Source of the DNA: Candidatus Omnitrophota bacterium
GTDB taxonomy: Bacteria; Omnitrophota; Gorgyraeia; Duberdicusellales; 4484-171
Assembly (NCBI GenBank): GCA_037146775.1
Contig: JBAWWL010000004.1
Coordinates: 86,471-150,470, forward strand
DNA length: 64,000 nt
Direction: 5' to 3'
The notes under the pieces are model-generated. The model was not told the DNA's origin. It worked only from the letters and a program-made list of their open reading frames with translations, and did not search any database. This document shows positions 9,917-20,318 of the stretch, piece by piece. How positions within the stretch are numbered: position 1 is the first letter of the stretch; the number at the start of each line of letters is the position of its first letter. The position numbers were made by a program, and so were the translations under genes.

Positions 9917-10927
9917 CTATCCGGTAATCTTTGTTTCGATAAATTTAATATAATCGCTCATGGTAGTAACATATAATTCCTTGCGGTTCATAGATATGAA
10001 AGAAAATAAACCAGAAAGCACTTCTTTTAAAAATAACCCGTCTGAAGACGGATGAAACCAAAAATGACATAACCGTCGATGTTTAATGGCCCTCTCTACA
10101 ATAGTTGTGTATTTTTTTATGTAATAATCTGCCTTCCATCCATGGCATGATAGTCCTATTTCTGCTGTAGTAGGGCACTGCCAAAGCCCATACGAATCTC
10201 GACGAGGAAAAGCTAAAACGTCTTTATCTATACGGTAAGACGTAATTCCTTCTTCCTTGAGGACGCTGCGATGACCTATAAAATTACCGGGAAAAACAAA
10301 AGATTTCAATTCGACCCCGAAAGAATGCGCGGATTCTTTGCACTTCTTAACCTCTTTGCGCAGCATTTCTGCGGAACAAACCTTTTCTCGACAATCAATA
10401 TGCGAAAAAGTATGACAAGCTATCTCATGTTTAACGCTCGAGCGAATGATTTTCTCGACTAAATCCGGCGCATACCAAGCCGTGGCATCCTGCCAATTGC
10501 AACAAGGATCTTGATCGAACCACTCTCCGGAAAGAAATTTCCAATATTGGTTTTTGAAATGTTTAGGGCTGATCAAATCCGTATGCACCCGGCCGTCTTT
10601 TCTTGAGCAGCTTTCAAGGAAAAGGTGCCCGACCGTTGCCCAGGTCATTGGCACATTAAACTTTTCGCATAATAGCAAAATCCAATCAACATTCTCCCGC
10701 TCTCTTTTGGCAATGGCCTCTGCTTCCTTGATATTACAATGCAGGAATTGTGCGAATCGCCATGCCCAGGTAAGTTCAAAATCGCAAGAGAAAAGAACAA
10801 CCGCCTTATAAGGTTGGGGGATACTTTTGGAGATGGTGCGGTGTGGGTAATAAACAACCTGGGGTTTATTGCCTAGCGCAAAATTAAGCCGGCTCAACGC
10901 CGCTTTTGTCCTTAATAGATATTTCAT
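9917..10927 (-). CDS. Polysaccharide deacetylase family protein
   Basis: SCDFELTWAW, PMTWATVG, HEIACHTFSH, SFVFPGN, HFWFHP. Confidence 0.85.
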   Translation of the reverse strand: MKYLLRTKAALSRLNFALGNKPQVVYYPHRTISKSIPQPYKAVVLFSCDFELTWAWRFAQFLHCNIKEAEAIAKRERENVDWILLLCEKFNVPMTWATVGHLFLESCSRKDGRVHTDLISPKHFKNQYWKFLSGEWFDQDPCCNWQDATAWYAPDLVEKIIRSSVKHEIACHTFSHIDCREKVCSAEMLRKEVKKCKESAHSFGVELKSFVFPGNFIGHRSVLKEEGITSYRIDKDVLAFPRRDSYGLWQCPTTAEIGLSCHGWKADYYIKKYTTIVERAIKHRRLCHFWFHPSSDGLFLKEVLSGLFSFISMNRKELYVTTMSDYIKFIETKITG

Positions 10928-11869
10928 TTTCCACCGCGATAGAGCTGAAGTAATTCTTTATCCGAAATACCCTGCTCGCTTTTCCTGCCTAAGAAATAAA
11001 AACCGCTGGCAGCCTCATAAGAAGAACTTTTACGAATAAAATAGTAATCAAGATATTTCATCCAAAAAGTTAAAAAAACACAAAATACTCCAATCAATTT
11101 TCTCAAAATCTTCTTATCCGTAATGCTCATGAAAAGATACCGAAAACTCCATGCAAACGCGACAGCCGGCCCCACAACAATCCCCCTATCGATTTCCTGG
11201 AATTGCTTAAAAATGCGGCGGTGGCCTAAATCGGTAAAGCGGGTAAAATCGTATGGTTTGTGGTGTGTTTGCTGCATAAATGGTACTTCATTATAAACTA
11301 TGCCGTTCTTTACCAAAACTCGACGCGCCTCTTCGACGCAATGATAGGGATCCATAACATGTTCAAGAACGGCCTGCAGCACAATACCGTCAAGGGATTC
11401 GCTTGCGAAAGGAAGATTGTGTGCGTCGCAAATAATTTGTGTTCGAGGACCAAAAATAACATCGGTTTCAATACACGTTATATTTTTGTTTTCAACTAAA
11501 GCTTTCACCCCCACACCTAAGGTGCCGGCGCCGACAAGAAGTACCAATGGTTTCTGGCTGTGTGCACAAACAAGACGGATTATTTTCTCAAAGTTCGCGG
11601 CGGCCTTAAAATTCTTCGTATCCGTTGGTACGAGTCTGCGAAGTATTGCAAGAATGCTCTTTTTTCCGGTTTCCTGCTCGGTATCATGTTTTTTACTGAC
11701 AATGTCGTTAATGGTAAATATGCTGGTTTCTTCGTTTAACAACACCGGGATCCCATCCACAATCGGAAAATTTTTTTTACACACAGCGCATTGTATGACG
11801 GTTCCAAAAAATAATTTACCGCGACAACAGGGGGCACACAAGTATTTCTTTTATTCTTGCATCAAGCAT
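10924..11869 (-). pseudogene. Trm112-like/class I SAM methyltransferase fusion, frameshifted in a C5 tract near the 5' end
   Basis: RBS AAGGTG + ATG at 11869 gives MLDARIKEILVCP then stops; removing one C at 11830-11834 joins it to CCRGKL...FPIVDGIPVLL and the methyltransferase domain (VGAG, CDAHNLPF, AVLEHV). Confidence 0.7.
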
Positions 11870-11994
11870 TGTTTCACCTTATATAATCCGGGTTTCGTTC
11901 CCTGCGATATACACGCCAAGCGGAAAAAAATATGTAAGGCTTTGTCTTAATGATCACCGCACACACACAAAGAGCCGCTGAATATAATAATTAT

Positions 11995-13113
11995 TTATAT
12001 CGCTTCATTTTTTATGCAAAGATCGAGCAAATCATCAACAGTATGATCCAGGCTGAACCGTTCTACGGCGGTCTTCCTTGCATACTCCTTCAAGCTGTCA
12101 AGCCGTGTTTTGTCGCGATAAAGATTGCCTAATAACCTCGCAAGATATACTGGATTTTTTGGGTGAATTAAATATCCGTTGCCCCCTTCTTCAACGATAG
12201 AAGCACACCCTCCTACGTGAGGTAAAATACAGGGCACCCCCATAGAAAGCGCTTCGAGTGCAGAAAGAGGAAATGCTTCGGTAAGCGAAGTTAACACAAA
12301 TACATCTGACACGTTCAGCAACTCTCTTACATCTTTTAACACGCCTAAAAATTTTACTCTTTCATAAATACCCAACCGTTTTAATTTTTTTCCGTACTCT
12401 TCCCTGATGCGGGCTTCTCCTTGACCAGCGATAAACATCTGCCATTCTACTTTTTCACGAGTATTAAAAATACTTAAACCGTGAAAAAGAGCTTCTTGAT
12501 TTTTTATAGGTTTAAGGCTGGCAATGTGCGCTATCGTAAAAATGTTTTTTTCGTAACCATGGACTGCCGTTGGGATGTTTGAGGTTTTTGCGTATACCGC
12601 AGTATCGACACCTGAACGCATCAGTTTTATATCTTTTCTTTTCAGGAAAAATCTTCTCATAATATTCTTTGCCTGTTCGGGATACAAAATAACCCATTGC
12701 CCTCCGAAAATATGTAACACAAATAGATAAAAGAAATCAAACACCCTGTCCCGAAAAGAAAAAGGAGAAATTGTGTGAAATATCAAGAATTTGGGTATTT
12801 TTAATTTAATTGCTTTTAAGGCTCGGGCGGTAAATAAATAGCTTAAAAATCCGTTGGTAACAACAACATGCGGCTGATATTCTTTTATGCGCGCACCAAT
12901 AACGTCGGTAAATCTGAAGATGTCCAGCTTAAATCTCCTCGCCGCAAACAAAAACACGATATCCTTATTAGAAAATGCGGTAATACTTTTGTCTTTCCCC
13001 AAAATCAAAATAGCAACCTCGTGGCCGCGTAGCGGTATTTTTTCTGCAAGATTCAGCATCAGCTTTTCTGCGCCGCCGATTCTTCCGTTGTCTAATACAA
13101 ATAAAATCTTCAT
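11995..13113 (-). CDS. Glycosyltransferase family 4
   Basis: GGAEK N-terminal motif, EAFPLSALEALSMGVP. Confidence 0.9.
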   Translation of the reverse strand: MKILFVLDNGRIGGAEKLMLNLAEKIPLRGHEVAILILGKDKSITAFSNKDIVFLFAARRFKLDIFRFTDVIGARIKEYQPHVVVTNGFLSYLFTARALKAIKLKIPKFLIFHTISPFSFRDRVFDFFYLFVLHIFGGQWVILYPEQAKNIMRRFFLKRKDIKLMRSGVDTAVYAKTSNIPTAVHGYEKNIFTIAHIASLKPIKNQEALFHGLSIFNTREKVEWQMFIAGQGEARIREEYGKKLKRLGIYERVKFLGVLKDVRELLNVSDVFVLTSLTEAFPLSALEALSMGVPCILPHVGGCASIVEEGGNGYLIHPKNPVYLARLLGNLYRDKTRLDSLKEYARKTAVERFSLDHTVDDLLDLCIKNEAI

Positions 13114-14285
13114 GTTTTGTCGGTTATACTCTTATATATATCCATGGTTTTTTTGGCGATATTTCCCCACGTCTGGCTTTGTCCGCCAAATTTTTTATTA
13201 ATATTGGCCGACATATTTTTCCTTAACATCTCGTTGGTCAAAAGACCGATGATTGCTTTGGCTAATTGTACCGGGTCTCGCGGCGGAACCACATAACCGG
13301 TAAGGCCGTCTTCGACCACCTCGGGTATGCCGCCCACATTCGTAGCCACAACTGGTTTACCGTAAGCAAACGCGGTCATGATCACGCCGCTCTGCGTAGA
13401 ATCTGTATACGGACACACAACGAGTGTGCTTTTATTGATAATTTTTGCTAACTGTTCATTGGAGAGATAATGATTAATAATCTCGTATGTTTCATCGTTC
13501 TTGATGGCTCGTATATCAAAATAATACTCGCCGCTTCCTGCAATGATTACCTTCAACTCTGGAATTTCTTTTTTTATGATCGGCACCGCTTCTACCAAAT
13601 ATTCGATGCCCTTATACGGACAAATCCTACCAAAAAAAAGGACTGTCGGCGGAGGAGAAGCTTCGTAGTTACATGACTGCGTGGTCAAATGCACCGGCCC
13701 AAACGGCAGCATATATATTTTTTTTCTAGAAAACATAGCGGTTTCTTTCATTAAATTATATTCGAAAGAATTATGCGTGATAATCGCCCTGGATCTGCGT
13801 AGCCATTGGTTTACAATCAGCTGAGACCAGGGACTGAGGCGCAAACCACTATGTTGCATAAAATCATGTATGTCGGCCACCAACTTGTTATACGAAAACT
13901 TGTTTAGCAGGAAAAAATACTGCGCACTCGGCTGCTGCATATGAATGATATCTGTTTCTCCAATATACTTTATTACTTTGCTTGTGTGCAGCCAGTTATG
14001 CAATGATGCGGTAGAGAAGTTTTTGTAAAAAATGACGGCGATTTTTAGGTTGCTCGCAGTTTTATCCAACAAACTCATATATCCTTTCAATTCTCCCGTT
14101 TGTTCATTTGAGATTTCCGTGATTGCCGCATTGGGGGAGATAAACTTGGTGGAAGAAAAAAGATTACCCGCCCGTGTATACAAACAATTCACGACCAGAG
14201 TAATATCTGCGTAAGGTAATAATGAGTTTATAAGCGGAACAGCTGTGTCTAGGTAACAATCCGATGTTATAAATGTTATTTTCAT
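13110..14285 (-). CDS. Glycosyltransferase family 4
   Basis: FFGRICPYKG, TQSGVIMTAFAYGKPVVATNVGGIPE. Confidence 0.9.
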   Translation of the reverse strand: MKITFITSDCYLDTAVPLINSLLPYADITLVVNCLYTRAGNLFSSTKFISPNAAITEISNEQTGELKGYMSLLDKTASNLKIAVIFYKNFSTASLHNWLHTSKVIKYIGETDIIHMQQPSAQYFFLLNKFSYNKLVADIHDFMQHSGLRLSPWSQLIVNQWLRRSRAIITHNSFEYNLMKETAMFSRKKIYMLPFGPVHLTTQSCNYEASPPPTVLFFGRICPYKGIEYLVEAVPIIKKEIPELKVIIAGSGEYYFDIRAIKNDETYEIINHYLSNEQLAKIINKSTLVVCPYTDSTQSGVIMTAFAYGKPVVATNVGGIPEVVEDGLTGYVVPPRDPVQLAKAIIGLLTNEMLRKNMSANINKKFGGQSQTWGNIAKKTMDIYKSITDKT

Positions 14286-14512
14286 GTTTCTGGTAAATGT
14301 TTTGTCCGGCTTTTTTGCTGATATGCCTGCACCTTACACGAACACGAAGAGACCCCCGCCACACAAGCCTTAAACCCCGTGATATTGCGGTGGGGCAAAA
14401 GATGAAAAATGTTTTGCTGAAAACTTTCGGCATCCAAATAGCCATTCGAATGCCATGTATAGTTTATTGAGCCAACGGCTCACCCCAAAAAACTCCGTAA
14501 TAAGATTTATTT

Positions 14513-15802
14513 CTATTGAAGAGCATTTTGGTATATCGTTATAAACTTGGCTGCTATATTGCACCAGTCATAATGATCTTTAGCAATGTTTCTATCTAGA
14601 ACTTTCGGTAATTTTTTTGTCTTTAATATCTCTTCTAATTTATATTCCCATTCTTGGTAGCTGCGCACATCCGCAAGACACCCCACCCGCTCTTTTTCCA
14701 TAAGCTCCGCGGTCTGCCCTGTTTTTGTAGAAAACACCGGAAGTTCACAGGCAAACGCTTCCATGATACTAACCGAAGCACCTTCGGATAAACTTCCCGA
14801 CAAAAACATGTCGGCGCTGCTTAAATATTTTACCAATATTTCCCCTTTTCGATAACCTTCGAACTTTATCATGTTTTTCTGTAATAACGGTTGGGCTAGG
14901 TTTTGTAAATAACGCACATATCCGGGCTGGCCGCTGCCGATGACGATATATAAAAAATTGTATCGCTTGGCTAACGCATTCAAAACAGCGATTAGTTTGT
15001 CTTCTTGTTTTCTAACATTATAATTGGCGACGGTTATCATCACAAAAGTGTCCAGCGGTAATTGTAATTCTTTTCGACATTGCATTGTGTCCATTTTTTT
15101 AAAAACAGAAAAATCGCATCCCATGGTAATTTGTTTCAATTCATGCTTGTAAATCCTGCTTACATGCTCTATGTTTTTAGCGGAACAGTACGTAATATGA
15201 TGTATTTTATTGATGTGTCTTTTTAACCATATATGCTGGCTTAGAAGGCCGAGCTTACTGGGAATGTTCTTGGTAAAAGTGAAAAACTGCGTTGAAGGTA
15301 TTTCCAATTGCGCTCCGTGCAAAGAAAAAACAATGGGAATATTGTCGACAGTTTCTAAAATATCTTTGTTGATCCCCGGAAAAGAACCGTTGAGATGGAA
15401 AATCACAGGTCCTCGCTCGCCCTCTTTTTTCAACGCGTCTATCATAGGCGCAGACGATACTTCTTCTACGCGCTTAAGCCCATATAATTTTTGTATGCAT
15501 TGTGCAGGAAATACACGGCAAGTTAACCGATTCTCAAAAGTATGACTATATACTCTATCGGCTCTGATATCTGGTTGCCAGATTTCATAATCGAATTCGT
15601 CTGTTAATTTTAAAATTGCCTTGCCCAGAAGATGGGGAAAATCGTCATTCCAAATCCCAATCCAATTTTTATCTTCCGCATTCCATTTTCTGTCCGGTTC
15701 GACTTCGGAAGAAAATATATCATAGGGGGGCAGGTGGTTAATGACATTCAATATTTTTGTTTTACCGGACCGGCAATTATGTTTCATTAATTGGCCATGC
15801 AC
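14513..15802 (-). CDS. Glycosyltransferase family 4 (start may be 15787)
   Basis: EGASVSIMEAFACELPV motif, GT-B C-terminal domain. Confidence 0.85.
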   Translation of the reverse strand: MHGQLMKHNCRSGKTKILNVINHLPPYDIFSSEVEPDRKWNAEDKNWIGIWNDDFPHLLGKAILKLTDEFDYEIWQPDIRADRVYSHTFENRLTCRVFPAQCIQKLYGLKRVEEVSSAPMIDALKKEGERGPVIFHLNGSFPGINKDILETVDNIPIVFSLHGAQLEIPSTQFFTFTKNIPSKLGLLSQHIWLKRHINKIHHITYCSAKNIEHVSRIYKHELKQITMGCDFSVFKKMDTMQCRKELQLPLDTFVMITVANYNVRKQEDKLIAVLNALAKRYNFLYIVIGSGQPGYVRYLQNLAQPLLQKNMIKFEGYRKGEILVKYLSSADMFLSGSLSEGASVSIMEAFACELPVFSTKTGQTAELMEKERVGCLADVRSYQEWEYKLEEILKTKKLPKVLDRNIAKDHYDWCNIAAKFITIYQNALQ

Positions 15803-15916
15803 ATGTGTGTAGTAACTTATGTGCTGCTACTTTTATTGAATACATCTACGTGCTACTTCTAACCAATCTATCTAACGAAGATCTCTTCCGAGAAAAAATA
15901 TGCTTCTTCCTGGCTT

Positions 15917-16831
15917 TTAGAGATACGGCCCCGTACCTGTTTTGCCTCGAAAAAAATCTCTTATGCCTCTGATGACCGCAATATATCTGGTTATAATCGC
16001 CCCCACCCGGCAATAGGTTAATTTGATGATAAAATTATAAAGTATATAAGCGAGATGGCGCACAAATACGCGGTTACTGCCGGTGTGTTTTTTGACAAAA
16101 TATAACGCGCTTCTTGTGAGATAATACAGCGTTTTTTTAGAATCGTCTCCGAAAGTGGTGCTTGTCCAATGATACACAATTGCCTGCGGTTCATAGATAA
16201 TACTGCCGCCTTCCTTAATAATGCGGTAACACAAATCGGTTTCTTCCGAATAATAATAGAATTTTTCGTCAAAGCCGCCGAGTTCTATAAAATACTTGGC
16301 GGAAACCAGGAAAGCGCATCCGTTTACAAACTCGACGTTTTCTGTTTTATCATATTGCCCCTTGTCCTTTTCACCGTTACCTCTATTTGTAACTACCAAA
16401 GATGCTTTATTAAAAAAACCTCCCGTGGAACAAATAATATCTGAGAAACCTCTGTAAATTTTTGGACCAACGGCTTTTGTGCGCTCTTCCTCGAAATGAA
16501 AGGATAACCTTAAGATGCACTGTTTATTCAAAATAACATCGTTATTTAAAAACAACAACAGCTCGGCATCCCTCGCTAGAAGATATTGGGCTGCGCGGTT
16601 ACAGGCGGCTCCGTATCCGTAGCGTTCATTCATACACAAAATTTCGACACGGTAACCTCTTTCGTCAAGCTCGTTACGCAACTGTTTTTCGCACAACTCA
16701 TTTGACCCATTATCAACGACAAGCAGTTCTATATTTCTATAATCTGAATGTAAAACAGATTCGATAGCAAGCAGGGTGCTATATACATTATTATAGGTAA
16801 CTATGGCCACTCCCACTTTTTTAGCGTTCAA
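15917..16831 (-). CDS. Glycosyltransferase family 2
   Basis: IVTYN, VVDNGS, LFLNNDV, GGFDEKFYYYSEETDLC; TTG start preceded by AAAGGAGG. Confidence 0.92.
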   Translation of the reverse strand: MNAKKVGVAIVTYNNVYSTLLAIESVLHSDYRNIELLVVDNGSNELCEKQLRNELDERGYRVEILCMNERYGYGAACNRAAQYLLARDAELLLFLNNDVILNKQCILRLSFHFEEERTKAVGPKIYRGFSDIICSTGGFFNKASLVVTNRGNGEKDKGQYDKTENVEFVNGCAFLVSAKYFIELGGFDEKFYYYSEETDLCYRIIKEGGSIIYEPQAIVYHWTSTTFGDDSKKTLYYLTRSALYFVKKHTGSNRVFVRHLAYILYNFIIKLTYCRVGAIITRYIAVIRGIRDFFRGKTGTGPYL

Positions 16832-17024
16832 CTCTTCTCCTCCTTTACCTCCGCAGCGACAGGCGTCCTATCGCACAAACAGGTACGTAAACTAAGTAAA
16901 TTTTTGTGTGCGCAAAAATCACAACGCTGTTTTCGAAACATTATCATTGCGCTTTGCCAGCCCGATTCTTGATGAATATTGCCTTCGGCGTTTTGCTCTT
17001 ATGTGAGCTGGATACTTTCAAGAA

Positions 17025-18431
17025 TCAGGTTTCTTGCAAAAAATCACGCGCCGTAAATTGTTCACATATTGCAAAAAATATCATTGTAAATACTACTTGA
17101 TACGAATAAGACAAACTAAATAAGTCCCACGTGAGCGCATATCCTCCCAAAAACGTACATAAACTCACCAGCAACACCCGCAATGACGATCTTGTCGGAT
17201 CGGAAAACGGTAATCGTCGCATAGACTGAAAGATAAGCTTCAGGTACGAGATGGTTAAAAAACAAAATATAGCCAAACCCATAACCCCAAACATCAACAC
17301 TGTATTAAAAAACCCCCAGTTATTGTCATAATATTCATAGGAAATATCAGAAAAACCATACCCCAAAAACATGTTATCTTTGATTCTCTGAAGCATGGGC
17401 TGTAACCCCTGTATCCTGGCATCAAAGGTATCGATATGGTGCCCCTCGCCCTTCATCAGAAGAAAGATCTGAAAGACCCTGCTAAATACACTTTCCTTGA
17501 TGTATGCGTCCGTCAACAAACCAGTGTTAATAAAAATAATCAGAACAAGCGCAGCGACGCAAATAAGCATAATAATATGGCCCACGGAACGCATTCTAGT
17601 AAAATAAACTCCTAATAGAATACAAAAGAACATGCCAAACATGAATCTTGTAGCAGAAAGTAACACACTTATAAATGCTATCATTGTTATGAAGTAGAGG
17701 TAATATTTTATGGGTGTGTTCTTCTTGTAAGGTAAAAGCAGCATTGGGCCGATATAGCATAGAATGAGGAGGCCCCACGCACCGGTAACCGGCCTTACTT
17801 CACCGGTAAGAGTATTGGTGATAACCATGCGCTCAAATGGAACAAGTACATTTATGAGTTCCTGATTGTTCATGAGCATATAAAACTGCGAAAAAAGCAG
17901 AAAAAATACGGCAGGAAAGAGCAGGTAGAAAAATTTGCACACCTTCTCTTTCGTGCCGACAAGGCCAAGAAAACTAATGAGCCAGGTCAGGTGAAATACT
18001 GGCCTCAAGAATATTATAGGCGTTTTGATGGAGGAGCTATTGATGGCGCCGCTGATAAAAGAAACCACGAGGTACAATATCAAAAGAGTAAAAGGAGTTT
18101 TTACTTGTATTTTTACGGGCTTTTTATAGAATAAAACTTTTAAAAACATGAGTACAGTAAAAATATCTGTAGGGGTAAAGGAAATGCGGGGTATAGGTTG
18201 AATGAGTGGCAGTCCAGCGCTCTCCGAGTTGAGAAAAAAAGATGCGGGAGTTTGCAGAAGTATGAAAAAAAACGCAATGAAAAAATAGTCTTTATTAGAA
18301 ACCCAGGCCCAAAGCAAAAGCGCTATAAAAAAAGGTAGAGCGAATACTTTGTGAAGATAAACTACATATACCGCCAGGGCCAGTACTATATAGAATAATA
18401 GCACCTCTTTGAAGAACTTTGGTTGTTTCAT
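17025..18431 (-). CDS. O-antigen ligase/polymerase (Wzy_C)-like polytopic membrane protein
   Basis: Many TM segments, LLSATR motif, large periplasmic loop ending FLGYGF...NNWGFFNTVLMFGVMG. Confidence 0.7.
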   Translation of the reverse strand: MKQPKFFKEVLLFYIVLALAVYVVYLHKVFALPFFIALLLWAWVSNKDYFFIAFFFILLQTPASFFLNSESAGLPLIQPIPRISFTPTDIFTVLMFLKVLFYKKPVKIQVKTPFTLLILYLVVSFISGAINSSSIKTPIIFLRPVFHLTWLISFLGLVGTKEKVCKFFYLLFPAVFFLLFSQFYMLMNNQELINVLVPFERMVITNTLTGEVRPVTGAWGLLILCYIGPMLLLPYKKNTPIKYYLYFITMIAFISVLLSATRFMFGMFFCILLGVYFTRMRSVGHIIMLICVAALVLIIFINTGLLTDAYIKESVFSRVFQIFLLMKGEGHHIDTFDARIQGLQPMLQRIKDNMFLGYGFSDISYEYYDNNWGFFNTVLMFGVMGLAIFCFLTISYLKLIFQSMRRLPFSDPTRSSLRVLLVSLCTFLGGYALTWDLFSLSYSYQVVFTMIFFAICEQFTARDFLQET

Positions 18432-18447
18432 AATCGTTTACGCGCTA

Positions 18448-20277
18448 CTAGTAGAATTTCTGCTCTTGCCAATATTCGTAAAATTTACCTTTCCGCGCAA
18501 GCAAATCTTCCAAAGATCCCTCCTCAACAATTCTACCTTTTTCCAACACCAAAATCTTATCCGCATGTTTGATGGTAGAAAGACGGTGGGCAATGGCGAT
18601 GACCGTTTTTCCTTGTAGCGTTTCACTTATTGATTCCTGGATCAATCGTTCGGTCTTTGAATCCAACGAACTTGTTGCTTCATCCAAAATAAGTATGTCG
18701 GAGTTTTTAAGCAAAGCTCTGGCTATAGAAACTCTTTGCCGTTCTCCTCCGGAAAGTTGTACGCCCCGGTCACCAATATACGTATCAAACCCGTCGGGTA
18801 AACTTGTGATAAAATCGTATAAACGCGCTTTTTTGGTAATGCCGACAAGTTCTTCCTGCGATACGGCCCGCCTCAAACCATACACAATATTGTTTCTGAA
18901 GGTATCATTGAAAAGCCAGGTGTCTTGGCTGACTACCGCCACGGAAGCCATTAGAGAAGCAGGGGTAAATTCACGGATGTCAATCCCATCAATCAGTATG
19001 GAGCGCGGCGGACAGTCATAAAAGCGTAATAAAAGATTTATGCAAGTGGTTTTCCCGCTCCCGGTCGGACCTACTAAAGCTATCATTTTTCCTTTTTCAA
19101 TGGAAAAAGTGACGTCTTTCAATACGGGCGTGTCGCTGGTATACGAAAAATTCAAATGCAGCATTTCCAATGCCCCGGTCAACCCGGTAAATGTTTTAGC
19201 ACCGCCGGTGATAATGTATTTGTCTTTATCCTCTAGCATATGTCTCACAACGGCCAGCGGGCCGCTAATGCTCGCAAACGCGGATCGCATCTGGTTTAAG
19301 GAGTTAAAAGTGGTTTGCGATTTTTTCAGGAGATAAAAAAATACCAAAAAACTTCCTATCTCAATGGTTTTGGTTTTACCCACCATAAACGCCATAAAAG
19401 AAAGAAGAAATAAAGTTGCCACCTGCACAATCACATCCTGCAGGGGACCGACCAAAAGCTGCTTCTTCTCTATGCTAAATTCCAACGTTTGTACTTCATC
19501 GCTTTTTGATGCGAATACCTTTTTTTCTTTTTCTTCGTTAGTATATAATTTAACCAGCGGCATACAAGATAGCACATTGAAAATATTTTTGCCGAGAGCG
19601 CTATACGCTGTTATGTAACTTTTGGAGGTTTTTTTTATTTTCACCATCAGCCACTTCAGGGAATAATTAAGGATCGGAAGAATAGTGATAATAAAAATAC
19701 TTACCTTCCACGAAATGAAAAACATCATCATCAAATACACCATCAGCATCAGAAGATAGCTTAACATACTTCCCAACCCCGCAAGTTGAGCGGTAATAAA
19801 TGTGATAAAATCTAATATTATGCTCTGAAGATACCCCGCGTTGTTGCGATCGAAAAACAATTTACCGAATATCAGATAACGATCAAAAAGAAGTTTTCTA
19901 AGTTCGTTGCCAAACCTTTTAATTTGATACGCGGCAGTGACTGATGCCAGATATTGAAATACATTTTTGGTTATCGAGGCGATAAACACGGTAAATACCA
20001 GCATTACAAAAACAGGGCTTCTTGGCGCATCAAATAGAGCGGGAAACGTGGCGATAATGGTCTTAAAAAATGGCATCACGCGCACAAAATGGAAGTCCAT
20101 CTTAATGATTCCGTTGGCCATAGGTATAAGAATACTCACGGCTACCGCTTCAAACAAAGCTGCGCCGACAGAGAATGCAATTGTTGCGATAAAATAAGCG
20201 GGACGCACGCCTACTTTACGTAAGAACGCCTTAAGCTGCATCGTGTTGAGATATATTTTTCTGATTTTCGTACCCAT
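18448..20277 (-). CDS. ABC transporter fused permease/ATPase (MsbA/PglK-type glycan flippase)
   Basis: GPTGSGKTT Walker A, LSGGERQR signature, ILDEATSSLD, IAHRLST; N-terminal TM domain. Confidence 0.92.
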   Translation of the reverse strand: MGTKIRKIYLNTMQLKAFLRKVGVRPAYFIATIAFSVGAALFEAVAVSILIPMANGIIKMDFHFVRVMPFFKTIIATFPALFDAPRSPVFVMLVFTVFIASITKNVFQYLASVTAAYQIKRFGNELRKLLFDRYLIFGKLFFDRNNAGYLQSIILDFITFITAQLAGLGSMLSYLLMLMVYLMMMFFISWKVSIFIITILPILNYSLKWLMVKIKKTSKSYITAYSALGKNIFNVLSCMPLVKLYTNEEKEKKVFASKSDEVQTLEFSIEKKQLLVGPLQDVIVQVATLFLLSFMAFMVGKTKTIEIGSFLVFFYLLKKSQTTFNSLNQMRSAFASISGPLAVVRHMLEDKDKYIITGGAKTFTGLTGALEMLHLNFSYTSDTPVLKDVTFSIEKGKMIALVGPTGSGKTTCINLLLRFYDCPPRSILIDGIDIREFTPASLMASVAVVSQDTWLFNDTFRNNIVYGLRRAVSQEELVGITKKARLYDFITSLPDGFDTYIGDRGVQLSGGERQRVSIARALLKNSDILILDEATSSLDSKTERLIQESISETLQGKTVIAIAHRLSTIKHADKILVLEKGRIVEEGSLEDLLARKGKFYEYWQEQKFY

Positions 20278-20318
20278 AGTACTGGCTCCTCAACCGTTGA
20301 TTGAAAGAAAAGGGAATG

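Noticed and set aside
14286-14512. Overlapping short ORFs between two GT4 genes
   Set aside because: Possibly a decayed gene remnant, but no recognisable motif supports a call
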